DNA of 64,000 nucleotides from Gammaproteobacteria bacterium (GTDB lineage Bacteria > Pseudomonadota > Gammaproteobacteria > Steroidobacterales > GCA-2729495): the NCBI GenBank assembly GCA_024229935.1, contig JAAERX010000042.1, forward strand, positions 4,347 through 68,346. Reading direction: 5' to 3'. A program made the position numbers and the translations under genes. Under the pieces are notes generated by a model. That model worked only from the letters and a program-made list of their open reading frames with translations, ran no database searches and had not been told where the DNA came from. Shown one piece after another: positions 47,409 through 56,728 of this stretch (positions are counted from its first letter, which is position 1; every line of letters begins with the position of its first letter).

Positions 47409-48085
47409 GTGCGTAATATCCGTAAGCGCCGATTAAATGTGAAAACCCCCAGCAGCAGGAAGAACGACAGGCACAAGAGCAGGCCAGATAGTAGGTGGGC
47501 CTGAGAGTATTCAAGTGTCTCTACGTGATCGTAGATGGCTATAGACAAAACCTGAGTTTTGCCGGGAATGTTGCCGCCTATCATTAGCACAACGCCAAAT
47601 TCCCCCAGTGTGTGGGCAAAGCCAAGTACAAGTGCCGTCAGATAGCCAGGTCTGGCTAATGGCAACGCAATACTAAAGAACCGGTCAGCAGGGCCAGCGC
47701 CTAAAGTGGCGGCAACCTCAAGAGGCCGCTTACCAATTGCTGTGAATGCATCCTCTAATGGCCGAATAACAAAGGGTAAGGAATAAATAACAGAGCCTAT
47801 AACCAGGCCAGTAAAGGAGAAGGCTAGTGACTGCCCGCCTGCGGATGCGGCAAGGCTGCCTATGGGGCCATCAGGCCCAAGTGCAATTAACAAATAAAAA
47901 CCAAGTACAGTTGGCGGCAAAATTAATGGCAGTGTAATAACTGCATCAATCACAGGCTTTAATGCTGATTGTGTACGTGACAGCCACCATGCAAGAGGTG
48001 TGCCTGCAACAAGCAGTAACAAGGTGGTTATGCTTGCCAGCTTTAAAGTAATCCAGAGTGCAGTAATGTCATCAGGGTTTAGCAT
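47405..48085 (-). CDS. modB: Molybdate ABC transporter permease
   Basis: The 226-aa ORF has five TM segments and an EAA-like loop (PLEVAATLGAGPADRFFSIALPLARPG). It lies between modA and modC and overlaps modC by 4 nt. Confidence 0.9.
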   Translation of the reverse strand: MLNPDDITALWITLKLASITTLLLLVAGTPLAWWLSRTQSALKPVIDAVITLPLILPPTVLGFYLLIALGPDGPIGSLAASAGGQSLAFSFTGLVIGSVIYSLPFVIRPLEDAFTAIGKRPLEVAATLGAGPADRFFSIALPLARPGYLTALVLGFAHTLGEFGVVLMIGGNIPGKTQVLSIAIYDHVETLEYSQAHLLSGLLLCLSFFLLLGVFTFNRRLRILRT

Positions 48086-48092
48086 GAGCCTG

Positions 48093-48872
48093 TTAATGTG
48101 CTTTTGTATATCCAGTTGCAGGTAGATCGTAACCGTATTTAAGAATTATCTGTTGGGCTTTGGCTGATTTTGCGTACGCCAGAAATGACCTGGCTATTTC
48201 TGAGTCTGTCAGCTGTATGGCTTGCTGAGCAATGAGCGTATGCATTTCTGCTGGTATAAGCCAGCTTGAACCGCGTTGCTCATGAGCCAGAGAGAGCAGT
48301 TGTGAGTGAGCAATAAAACCCAGTTCAGCATTACCGCTGTAGACAAACTGGAATGTCTGGCTGATATTTTCACCCCGTACAAGCCTGGTTGTTAGTTGTT
48401 CCCACTGATTTAGTTTTTGTAATACCTCACGGGCTGCTCTGCCATAGGGAGCCAGCCTTGGGTTGGCAATAGCTAGATGCTGAAAATTACCCGTTGCCAG
48501 TATCTTGCCATTGGTATCGATTAATTGACGCTGTGAACTCCAGAGCACCAGTCTGCCCAGTGCATAAGTATATCGGCTGTCAGCAATCGCCAGGCCCGCA
48601 TCGTCAAGCAGAGCGGGATATTCAGCATCAGCTGAAAAGAAGATATCAAATGGAGCGCCGTTTATGATCTGTGCATAATGCTTGCCTGTTGATCCGGGGA
48701 TTAGAATTACCTGATGGCCTGTAGATTTTTCAAATTCTGCGGAGATTTCTGTCAGGGGCATAATAAAATTAGCTGCGACAGCTATATGCAGTTCTGTGGC
48801 CTCAGCCTGCAGGAAGCTTATTGAGAGCAGGGGTAGCAGTAGTTGCAGTAATTTTTTCAGGCAATTCTTCAT
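48093..48872 (-). CDS. modA: Molybdate-binding periplasmic protein
   Basis: The signal peptide MKNCLKKLLQLLLPLLSISFLQA is followed by LHIAVAANF and a ModA-like fold (SGSTG-like PGSTGKHYAQI, ANPRLAPYG). The start is at 48872; the 329-aa track ORF extends over the divergent promoter. Confidence 0.88.
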   Translation of the reverse strand: MKNCLKKLLQLLLPLLSISFLQAEATELHIAVAANFIMPLTEISAEFEKSTGHQVILIPGSTGKHYAQIINGAPFDIFFSADAEYPALLDDAGLAIADSRYTYALGRLVLWSSQRQLIDTNGKILATGNFQHLAIANPRLAPYGRAAREVLQKLNQWEQLTTRLVRGENISQTFQFVYSGNAELGFIAHSQLLSLAHEQRGSSWLIPAEMHTLIAQQAIQLTDSEIARSFLAYAKSAKAQQIILKYGYDLPATGYTKAH

Positions 48873-48972
48873 GTTCAATGGACGATAGTTTAGGTTACGG
48901 TATCCCGCAAGGGCTAATGGTTCCGGGTCATGTAAGAATATGCCTATAGCGCATACCAATAGGGAAGAAGAC

Positions 48973-49536
48973 ATGCACGATGATATAAAGAATCTGGGGC
49001 CATTGGCGACACTCGCTGGGGTATGGGAAGGCAATAAGGGTGATGATAAGGCGCCTGCTGAAGATCGGGCACTTGTAGTCAATAACCTTTTTCGTGAAAG
49101 GATTGTGCTGGAGCCTATAGGTGAGGTTAATAATCACGAGCAGAGTATGTATGGCTTGCACTATAGCGCGATGGCATGGCGCATAGGTGAAGAAAATGCA
49201 TTTCATGAAGAAGTGGGTTATTGGTTATGGGATGCTGTAAATAAACAGGTAATGAAATGTTTCATTGTGCCGCGTGGAACTACAACAATAGCGGGCGGAA
49301 CGGTGGAGCCGGATGCCAAACGTTTCGAACTGATTGCAGACCTGGGTTCAGAAACCTATGGTATTTGTACCAATAAGTTTCTTGCAGATGAATTCAAGTT
49401 GGTTCGATTTGAATTGCGTGTTGAAATTCATGATGAAGACAGCTTTAGTTATGATGAAGATACTGTCCTGCAAATCAGGGGGCAGGATGAACTGTTCCAT
49501 CATCGCGATAAGAACACCTTGCGACGCGTGAAATAA
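48973..49536 (+). CDS. Nitrobindin/THAP4-like heme-binding beta-barrel (DUF1794-type) protein
   Basis: LGPLATLAGVWEGNKG...Y.E......G........Y...HEEVGYWLWD is typical of the FABP-like nitrobindin family. AGGGAAGAAG lies upstream of the ATG at 48973. Confidence 0.6.
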   Translation: MHDDIKNLGPLATLAGVWEGNKGDDKAPAEDRALVVNNLFRERIVLEPIGEVNNHEQSMYGLHYSAMAWRIGEENAFHEEVGYWLWDAVNKQVMKCFIVPRGTTTIAGGTVEPDAKRFELIADLGSETYGICTNKFLADEFKLVRFELRVEIHDEDSFSYDEDTVLQIRGQDELFHHRDKNTLRRVK

Positions 49537-49569
49537 TAAAGTGCTGCTATAAATGGGGTCAGGTAATTT

Positions 49570-49989
49570 TTACTCTACCCCTGACTCTGCAGACTCTATT
49601 TGCACAGGCAGGCCGGCTTCCTGCCAGCCTATAAAGTCACCCTCAAGGTGACGGATACCGCTGAATTCAGCTTTTTCCAGCGTTGCCTGTGCCATGGCTG
49701 CACGACGTCCGCTGCGGCAGTAAATGATGATTTCCGTATCAAGATTATCGGGTAGTTCATCCAGTCGGTTTGTCACTTCTGTATGAGGAATGTTGATGGC
49801 AGTGGGCACATGCCCGGTGTCGTATTCATCAGCTGAACGTACATCCAGAATAAACGGCACTGTATTTGCTGACATTTGCTGCTCAAGTGCTATAGCTGAA
49901 ATATCTTCTGCAGACGATAGGGGCGCATAGCCAGCAAGCAGAATTGCAGTAAATAGCAGCAGTGCAGTTGGACACTTAAATATTTGCAT
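49570..49989 (-). CDS. Periplasmic single-domain rhodanese (PspE-like sulfurtransferase)
   Basis: It has a signal peptide (LLLFTAILLAGYAPLSSA), the rhodanese fold LDVRSADEYDTGHVPTAINIP and the active-site loop YCRSGRR. Confidence 0.85.
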   Translation of the reverse strand: MQIFKCPTALLLFTAILLAGYAPLSSAEDISAIALEQQMSANTVPFILDVRSADEYDTGHVPTAINIPHTEVTNRLDELPDNLDTEIIIYCRSGRRAAMAQATLEKAEFSGIRHLEGDFIGWQEAGLPVQIESAESGVE

Positions 49990-49999
49990 GGGTAAAGAT

Positions 50000-51034
50000 T
50001 TATAGTATTCGTGAAAACAGATTAAGTACGCCTTGTTTTACGGCGGAGCGATGATGTGAGGCATCTTTTTGTGCCAGAACTTCATCACGATGTTTCAGGT
50101 ACCAGTCATAGGACTCGCAGAACATCTGTTCATTGCTGTAGCGTGCCGACCAGCCCAGTTCCTCGTGTGCACGAGTTCCGTCAAAATACATATCCTGACC
50201 ATACATCAATGAGTGATAAGCACCCAGTGGTGATAGGCCAATAGCACTTGTCAGTTTCATGGCGGCAACTGCTGGAGCAGAGGGTACTGATTTAACGCGG
50301 CTGCCTGTTTGAGCATGATTAACTAATGCCTGCAGGGTTTCGCGCATGGTGCCAAAACAATCTGCACCAATGTTGTAAACCCGTGGCTCAGGTCTTTCAG
50401 ATGACAGTATGCAGGCTGCTGCCAGATCATCTGCATGCACAAACTGGTATTTGTTATGGCCTCCGTCAAATACTGGAACATTGCGGCCTTCTCGTATCCA
50501 GTCAAACAGCATTTGCATAATGCCAAGTCGCCCATGTCCCATGATGGTTCGTGGACGAATTATGCTGACATCCAAACCCTCATTAGCAAAGCGCCAGCAC
50601 ATTTCTTCACCGGCCAGCTTTGCTTTACCGTAGGCTTCCGCGGGTCGTGGAGTTACGTATTCATCAATAGGCAGTTGCTCGGGAACACCAAATACCGCGC
50701 TGGATGATGTGTACACAACTTTTTTAATTTTATTGCTGTGACAGGCTTCCAGCAGGTTAAGCGTGCCATTACTGTTTACACTCCAGAAGGCACCCTTATC
50801 TTTGGCCAGCGGTACCATTGCTACATTGTGGTGGACAATATCTGCACCTTGAACGGCATTTGCTACGGCTCGTTTGTCGCGTATATCACCCTGTAGAAAT
50901 TCAACTTCTGGTAGGCGATCATCGGCATCAAGAATATCAAATACTCTTACCCGTTCTCCGCGGTCCAATAATTGAGCAACCAGTAGATTGCCAAAATAAC
51001 CAGAGCCTCCTGTAACGACATGCAGCTTTGCCAA
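50000..51034 (-). CDS. NAD(P)-dependent sugar epimerase/dehydratase (extended SDR)
   Basis: It has the Rossmann motif VTGGSGYFG and the catalytic YGKAK. Its TTG start directly abuts the upstream gene's TAG. Confidence 0.8.
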   Translation of the reverse strand: MAKLHVVTGGSGYFGNLLVAQLLDRGERVRVFDILDADDRLPEVEFLQGDIRDKRAVANAVQGADIVHHNVAMVPLAKDKGAFWSVNSNGTLNLLEACHSNKIKKVVYTSSSAVFGVPEQLPIDEYVTPRPAEAYGKAKLAGEEMCWRFANEGLDVSIIRPRTIMGHGRLGIMQMLFDWIREGRNVPVFDGGHNKYQFVHADDLAAACILSSERPEPRVYNIGADCFGTMRETLQALVNHAQTGSRVKSVPSAPAVAAMKLTSAIGLSPLGAYHSLMYGQDMYFDGTRAHEELGWSARYSNEQMFCESYDWYLKHRDEVLAQKDASHHRSAVKQGVLNLFSRIL

Positions 51035-51997
51035 CTATCCGATCTCCTGGTGTGGTTTTGAGTGAAGTTCCAGTCGCAAGACTATGATGATACCTACTGC
51101 AATGGAATACCACAGCGCTGCAATTCGGCATATGAGTGTTGCGGCTGTTGCGGTTGTGATGTCTACGCCTGCAAATACGAGCAGCCCTATCATGACAGCC
51201 TCTGCGCTGCCGAGTCCGCCAGGCAGGAAAGACAGGGCGCCAACAAGGATGCCGGTTGCATAGATACCAACAGCAAGCGATATGCTGATTTCCATGCCAA
51301 ACAGGTTAAGCACTATATACATCATCATGCAGACAGAGAAAGCGGCCATCAGGCTGAGCACCATGCCGCCATAAAGTGAAGCAGAACTTAACAAGGCTGC
51401 TGATGAGTTGATCAGATTAATAAGGTGATTGAGGCCTTTGCTTATTCGGACATTTGTTATGCGTTCACTTATGCGGGCTAAAAAATTACGTAATAGCTGG
51501 CTGTGAATTAGGGGCAGCATTGCCAATGTGCAGGCTCCGGCAAGTATTACCAGCCAGCGATAATCTTCAAATGTGTAGACAGCAGCGAGAGCCAGAAGAA
51601 TGACAGCAATAAGGTCGGTCAGGCGTTCTACAAAAAGGGCGGCCAGACTGTCGGTATAGCGCACGCCATCCTGCTTTAAATAGAGTGATCGGGCGGCTTC
51701 ACCAGCTTTAGCAGGTGTTAATGTAAAGGCAAAACCGGCAAGAAAATATTGCAGATTGCGACTGATGGGTATCAGGTAGCCAAGTTTGCCGATATAGTAC
51801 TGCCAGCGCACAGCACGTAGTAGTATATTAAATGTAGATAAACCGATAAGACCTGCCCAGCCAATAAAGCCAATGCTTGCCAGTGATGCCCGCATTTGCC
51901 CAAAATCACTAACTGCTGTAATGGTAATGCTATATGTGGCAATACCAATCATGAGCCAGATTAGAAATTGCCGAAGAATATTAGGAGACAGCGCCAA
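51035..51997 (-). CDS. Flippase-like membrane protein (UPF0104 / lysyl-phosphatidylglycerol-synthase TM-region family)
   Basis: The 320-aa ORF has about 8 TM segments, the motif LRAVRWQ after TM2, and a C-terminal FLPGGLGSAEA motif typical of this family. Confidence 0.7.
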   Translation of the reverse strand: MALSPNILRQFLIWLMIGIATYSITITAVSDFGQMRASLASIGFIGWAGLIGLSTFNILLRAVRWQYYIGKLGYLIPISRNLQYFLAGFAFTLTPAKAGEAARSLYLKQDGVRYTDSLAALFVERLTDLIAVILLALAAVYTFEDYRWLVILAGACTLAMLPLIHSQLLRNFLARISERITNVRISKGLNHLINLINSSAALLSSASLYGGMVLSLMAAFSVCMMMYIVLNLFGMEISISLAVGIYATGILVGALSFLPGGLGSAEAVMIGLLVFAGVDITTATAATLICRIAALWYSIAVGIIIVLRLELHSKPHQEIG

Positions 51998-52163
51998 TAG
52001 GGAGACCCCCGCAGAGGGTATTTATTCACCAGCAGAGATATTAACAGACGCGTAAAGGTGAGCTACGAGCTATTTATCTCAGATTTGGGCAGGGATAGTT
52101 ATGTCTAATACCCCTTTCTGACGCTAGCGCATACAATGGATGCATATTAACGGGTGCAGCTAA

Positions 52164-52496
52164 TTGAGCTATAGACATATCGTTGAGGCAATTACGGCAG
52201 GTTTGCAGAGTCAGTACGCAATTGATTCTGTAGATGTAACTGTTGTTGCTGCAGAGATTATGAAACAGCATGGGCGTATGCCTGATTACCTACATTTGCC
52301 ATTACATGTGGCAACCATGTTATTTGACCTGGCCGGCATACTGTCTGGCGGAAAACGCTTTCAGGTTAAAAGCGTGGAGGCACAAATTGCGCAACTTCTG
52401 TACTGGAAGTGTTCACAGAGGCAGTTTTGCCGAAATTTTATTCGTTGTTATGAGAGTTCATTTCTGCTGATCGTGTTGCAAGAGGAACAGACGTGA
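52164..52496 (+). CDS. Hypothetical 110-aa protein coupled to the GMC oxidoreductase
   Basis: The ORF has a TTG start (an internal ATG at Met33 is possible). Its stop overlaps the GTG start of the next gene as GTGA. I recognise no family. Confidence 0.5.
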   Translation: MSYRHIVEAITAGLQSQYAIDSVDVTVVAAEIMKQHGRMPDYLHLPLHVATMLFDLAGILSGGKRFQVKSVEAQIAQLLYWKCSQRQFCRNFIRCYESSFLLIVLQEEQT

Positions 52497-53941
52497 CTGT
52501 TATAAACCCGGATAAGGTGTGCAGAGCTGAAGTTGTAGTTATTGGTTCTGGTCCAGGTGGTTCGGTAGTAGCTGCCACTCTTGCACAGGGCGGCAAAGAT
52601 GTTTTGCTGATTGAAGAAGGGCAAAACCGCTCCCAGAACTCTTGTGCTCCGTTTTCCTATGCTGAGATGAAACAGAAATACCGTAATAACGGTATTACTG
52701 CTGCATTTGGCAAACCAAATATTGCTTATGCTGAAGGCTCATGTGTTGGTGGTGGCAGTGAGGTAAATAGCGGCCTTTATCACCGTGCGCCTGATGCTGT
52801 TATTGAGGCATGGGCAAAGGATTTCATGGTAGATGATTTTTCGCCAGTAACTATGGCAAATAGTTTTGCTGCATGTGAAGCGGTGATGCAACCTTCCATT
52901 TATCCGGGTGTATTGCCGGTACAGTCACAAATTCTTCGTCGTGGGGCTGAGACTGAGAATATGAGCAGTAGTGATGTGCCACGGTTGGTTGACTTTTCTG
53001 GCGAGAAGGATGAACAGGGTGTTGCAATCAGTTCACGCCGCGCCATGAGTAAAACCTACCTGCCTGAGTTTTTTAAAGCAGGTGGGCAGTTGCTGCCGGA
53101 AACACGTGTACACCGACTTAAACGGCACGGTCGACGCTGGCAGATTTTTGCCCATCACGGTACGGGCAGAAAGTTACAGATAGATGCTGATAATGTATTT
53201 GTTTGTGCTGGTGCTATTCATAGTCCTGCATTATTGCAGCGTAGTGGTATACGCATGAATGTGGGGCAGACACTTTCTATGCAGCCCATGATCAAGCTGA
53301 CAGCTGCCTTTGATGAGCCGGTAAATTTTCAGAACATGGGTATTGCCGGTGAACAGGTTAAAGAACAGGGGTCTGAATATTCATTTGGCTGTTCGATCAG
53401 TTCACGAGCACATTTGGCAATTAATCTGGCAGCTGATGTAGATGGCCCAGAGTATGCGCTGCAAAATCATCGTAACCTTGTTTCTTACTACGTTATGTCA
53501 TGCGGCACTATGGATGGCTCGGTTCGTGTATTGCCTGGTTTTAATGACCCTTTAGTGCGTTATCAGATTAGTACCAGAGAGCTTAATAACCTGGGCCAGG
53601 GCATGCAGGGTTTAGCGCGTGTGCTGCTTTCTGCAGGCGCAACACAGGTATTTACTGGACTTGCTGATAGTCCTGTAGTCACTAATCAACAGCAGGTTGA
53701 TACATTGCCCGGCACTCTATCGAATAGCGTTAACAATATTATGACCGTACATTTAATGGCGAGCTGTCCTATGGGGGAGGACCGTAAATCTACAGCTGTT
53801 AACTCATGGGGCCAGGTTCATGGACAACCAGGGCTACATATTTCTGATGTAAGCATACTGTGCGCTTCCCCTGGCGTTAACCCACAGGGCACAGTTATGG
53901 CGCTGGCGAAACGCAACAGCGATTATTTTCTGAATAACTAG
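52493..53941 (+). CDS. GMC-family FAD-dependent oxidoreductase
   Basis: It has the FAD-binding VVVIGSGPGGSVVAATLA...LLIEEG and a C-terminal GMC block (HLMASCPMGE...VNSWGQVHGQPGLHISDVSI...GVNPQGTVMALA). Confidence 0.85.
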   Translation: MTVINPDKVCRAEVVVIGSGPGGSVVAATLAQGGKDVLLIEEGQNRSQNSCAPFSYAEMKQKYRNNGITAAFGKPNIAYAEGSCVGGGSEVNSGLYHRAPDAVIEAWAKDFMVDDFSPVTMANSFAACEAVMQPSIYPGVLPVQSQILRRGAETENMSSSDVPRLVDFSGEKDEQGVAISSRRAMSKTYLPEFFKAGGQLLPETRVHRLKRHGRRWQIFAHHGTGRKLQIDADNVFVCAGAIHSPALLQRSGIRMNVGQTLSMQPMIKLTAAFDEPVNFQNMGIAGEQVKEQGSEYSFGCSISSRAHLAINLAADVDGPEYALQNHRNLVSYYVMSCGTMDGSVRVLPGFNDPLVRYQISTRELNNLGQGMQGLARVLLSAGATQVFTGLADSPVVTNQQQVDTLPGTLSNSVNNIMTVHLMASCPMGEDRKSTAVNSWGQVHGQPGLHISDVSILCASPGVNPQGTVMALAKRNSDYFLNN

Positions 53942-53946
53942 GTTTA

Positions 53947-55002
53947 ATGTTAATGACTAACGATATCGTTCTTACCGGAACGCATGGCTGGCTGGGTAGC
54001 CGTATGTTGCATGCCTTGGTAAATGGTTTGCCTGACTATCCAGATATTCTGACCCCGGATGCTCGCTTGCGTTGTTTCTACCGGGACAATGAATCTGCTG
54101 TTGATGTAAGTGCTGCAAATGGTGCGACTATAGAAAATATCTCTGGCGATCTTACGAACCCCGCCGATTGTGACAATTTATTTGCTGGTACAGATGGTGC
54201 CCTGTTGTTACATACCGCAGGCGTGATTCATCCTGCCAGAGTTAAAGAATTCTTCACTAATAATGTGGATGCAACTCTGAATTTGCTTGATTCAGCAAGT
54301 CGCCGAGGGTGTCGTAGGGCCGTTATTATTTCCTCAAATTCGCCCATAGGCTGCAATCCGACGCCGGATCATCGTTTTACAGAGGACTCTCCCTATAATC
54401 CTTACCAGGGCTATGGAAAGTCAAAGAAGGAAATGGAATTGCGTGCACGTGAACGTGCTGACAAGCTTGATATGGAGTTAGTTATTATCAGGCCTCCCTG
54501 GTTTTATGGGCCGTTTCAACCGCCTCGCCAGACATTATTTTTTCAGATGATAAAAAATGGCAGTGCCCCATTACTTGGACAAGGGCTGAATCAGCGTTCC
54601 ATGGTTTATATTGATAATCTTTGCCAGGGCTTGTCACTGGCAGCTAATCATAATGATGCACCCGGCAATACCTATTGGATTGCTGATGCTCAGCCTTATG
54701 AGATGCGTACTGTTATCGATACTATCGAGAGTGTTTTGGAAGAGGACTTTGGTATGGAAGTTGCTCATAAGCGCATAAAGCTACCATCTATTGTGGGTGA
54801 TATCGCTTATTACATTGATACAGTGATCCAGGCGACAGGGCTTTATCATCAAAAATTTCATGTATTGTCTGAGATGAATAAAAATATCGCGTGTAGTATT
54901 GACAGGGTGCATTATGATCTGGGATATGAGCCAAAAGTTTCATTGCGTGAGGGTATGCGGCGTAGTATCAAATGGTGCCTGGATCAGGGTATGTCTATTT
55001 AG
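53947..55002 (+). CDS. NAD(P)-dependent epimerase/dehydratase (extended SDR)
   Basis: It has LTGTHGWLG (TGxxGxxG), ISSNSP and the catalytic YGKSK, and is 351 aa. Confidence 0.82.
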   Translation: MLMTNDIVLTGTHGWLGSRMLHALVNGLPDYPDILTPDARLRCFYRDNESAVDVSAANGATIENISGDLTNPADCDNLFAGTDGALLLHTAGVIHPARVKEFFTNNVDATLNLLDSASRRGCRRAVIISSNSPIGCNPTPDHRFTEDSPYNPYQGYGKSKKEMELRARERADKLDMELVIIRPPWFYGPFQPPRQTLFFQMIKNGSAPLLGQGLNQRSMVYIDNLCQGLSLAANHNDAPGNTYWIADAQPYEMRTVIDTIESVLEEDFGMEVAHKRIKLPSIVGDIAYYIDTVIQATGLYHQKFHVLSEMNKNIACSIDRVHYDLGYEPKVSLREGMRRSIKWCLDQGMSI

Positions 55003-55053
55003 ATTAAAGAGATTTATTCTGCCTGTTATCGTTCAGAAATCGGGGCATAGGTT

Positions 55054-56685
55054 ATGCTGAACCAGTTACTTGGGATGCCTGCCTTGTTCTTTATTTTGCT
55101 TGTGCCTCTATGTATGGCAGCTACTGCTGTATTTCGTTCTGAAGTTATTGCTATAGACATGCGTAAGCCTTTGCTTTGGCTGGCTTTTGCAGTTCTTTTC
55201 ATCGCAATTCTTGGGCATCTGTATTTTGCTTTTACTTATCTGTTTTCCCCAAGTTTTATAGATCATATTGAACCAAATACAGCAATTGTTGCCTGGCTTT
55301 ATGCAAATGGAGATCAGATTTATCATCCGCTTGATTCTGCTGAGCGGTATTCATTCCTTTACGGGCCGCTTGTCTATGTAGCGACAGGCTTACTATATAA
55401 GGTATTTGTTGCAACTACGTTGACAGCCAAGCTTGCCGGGGTTTCTTGCCTGGTGCTGACAATGGTTATTTTGCTTATAGTGATACGTCGCCGATTTCCT
55501 GAGCATTGGTACCCCTGTGTAGTTGCGCTTGGTTACTTTTCTTTGCTGGCTCTGTTTTTGAAACATCATAGTTTTTGGTTAAAACCTGACCCATTTATAA
55601 TTGTTTTGGCGAGCGTTGGTTTGCTGGCATGCCTGACAGATAATAAACGTAGTGCCTGGCTGATGCTTGGTGTGGCATTAGGTTGTGCAGTTAATGCAAA
55701 AATTACAGGCGCTATCTATTTTTTCCCATTCCTTGCATGGATATATGAACGGGATGGTTTCCGTCCGGTTTTTTTCTCCGGGTTAACCGCTCTTCTGGTT
55801 GCAGCCCTGCCCTTTTTGTTGTCTGAAACCATTTCACTGCCAAACTATATTGCCTGGTTGCAGGCAGCTAGAAGTCATGGGTTAAGTAAGTATCTATTGG
55901 TACAAAATACGGTCTTTATTTTATTTGCATGTATTCCTGTCTTTATATTTTTATTTTGGCAAAGAGGCGTTAAGACTACTGCTGGTTGGCTTACGGAACA
56001 TAAATTAGTTGTAGCTGCCTCTTTAGTTGCATTGTTATTAATTATTGTTGCTGCATCAAAACAAGGTTCTGGCCCTAATCATTTTCTGCCTTTTTTGCCT
56101 GCGCTGGCCTTACTGACAGCCAGTGCTTCTGTAATAGTTTATTCCAGTAATGAGCCGGGCGGCCGGGCGGCTTATTATTTCTGGGCGCCCCTTGGTGCAA
56201 TGTTGATAGTGGCGAGCGTAAAGGCTGGATTTGCCTTGTACTATGGAGTGCTTGTTACTAATGGTCAGATTTCAGCTGAGAGGCTAACTGAGGAAATTAA
56301 TGAGGTAGCAGCTGGCTATCCGGATAGAAATCTATATATGGGTTATGGAGATGGGACGAGTCACACAACTACCTTTGTGCGGAATAATTTAGCCTATGCC
56401 GGATATCCTTATTTAATAGACTCATCCGCACTTATGGATTTTCAATTGAGTGGTATTGAAATGCCGCAATCAACAATTGACAGCATGGTTAAGGACGGTA
56501 GTGCTGTTTGGTTGATCCCAGAGGGGCAAGAACCATTTACTCTATTAAATTGGTATTACCGTCCTTATAACCACTTTTTGTTTAATGACGAATTCCGTTC
56601 TGCATTCAATGAAATATTCAAAAAGGTTTCCTCAACGAAGCATTATGATATCTATGTTGGCAATGGTGAGGTAAGTAATCATTAA
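55054..56685 (+). CDS. Polytopic membrane protein with a C-terminal soluble domain, GT-C-like architecture
   Basis: About 11-13 predicted TM helices are followed by roughly 150 hydrophilic residues. It lies immediately upstream of a GT39-like gene. The GT-C assignment rests on architecture only. Confidence 0.5.
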   Translation: MLNQLLGMPALFFILLVPLCMAATAVFRSEVIAIDMRKPLLWLAFAVLFIAILGHLYFAFTYLFSPSFIDHIEPNTAIVAWLYANGDQIYHPLDSAERYSFLYGPLVYVATGLLYKVFVATTLTAKLAGVSCLVLTMVILLIVIRRRFPEHWYPCVVALGYFSLLALFLKHHSFWLKPDPFIIVLASVGLLACLTDNKRSAWLMLGVALGCAVNAKITGAIYFFPFLAWIYERDGFRPVFFSGLTALLVAALPFLLSETISLPNYIAWLQAARSHGLSKYLLVQNTVFILFACIPVFIFLFWQRGVKTTAGWLTEHKLVVAASLVALLLIIVAASKQGSGPNHFLPFLPALALLTASASVIVYSSNEPGGRAAYYFWAPLGAMLIVASVKAGFALYYGVLVTNGQISAERLTEEINEVAAGYPDRNLYMGYGDGTSHTTTFVRNNLAYAGYPYLIDSSALMDFQLSGIEMPQSTIDSMVKDGSAVWLIPEGQEPFTLLNWYYRPYNHFLFNDEFRSAFNEIFKKVSSTKHYDIYVGNGEVSNH

Positions 56686-56728
56686 TTATCTCAGGCCATT
56701 TTTCCGGCAGTATGAAACTGAAATTTGG

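Noticed and set aside
48093-49082. The 329-aa version of the modA ORF.
   Set aside because: The N-terminal 70 residues run across the divergent promoter and into the nitrobindin-like gene. A typical Sec signal peptide starts at Met71 (48872).
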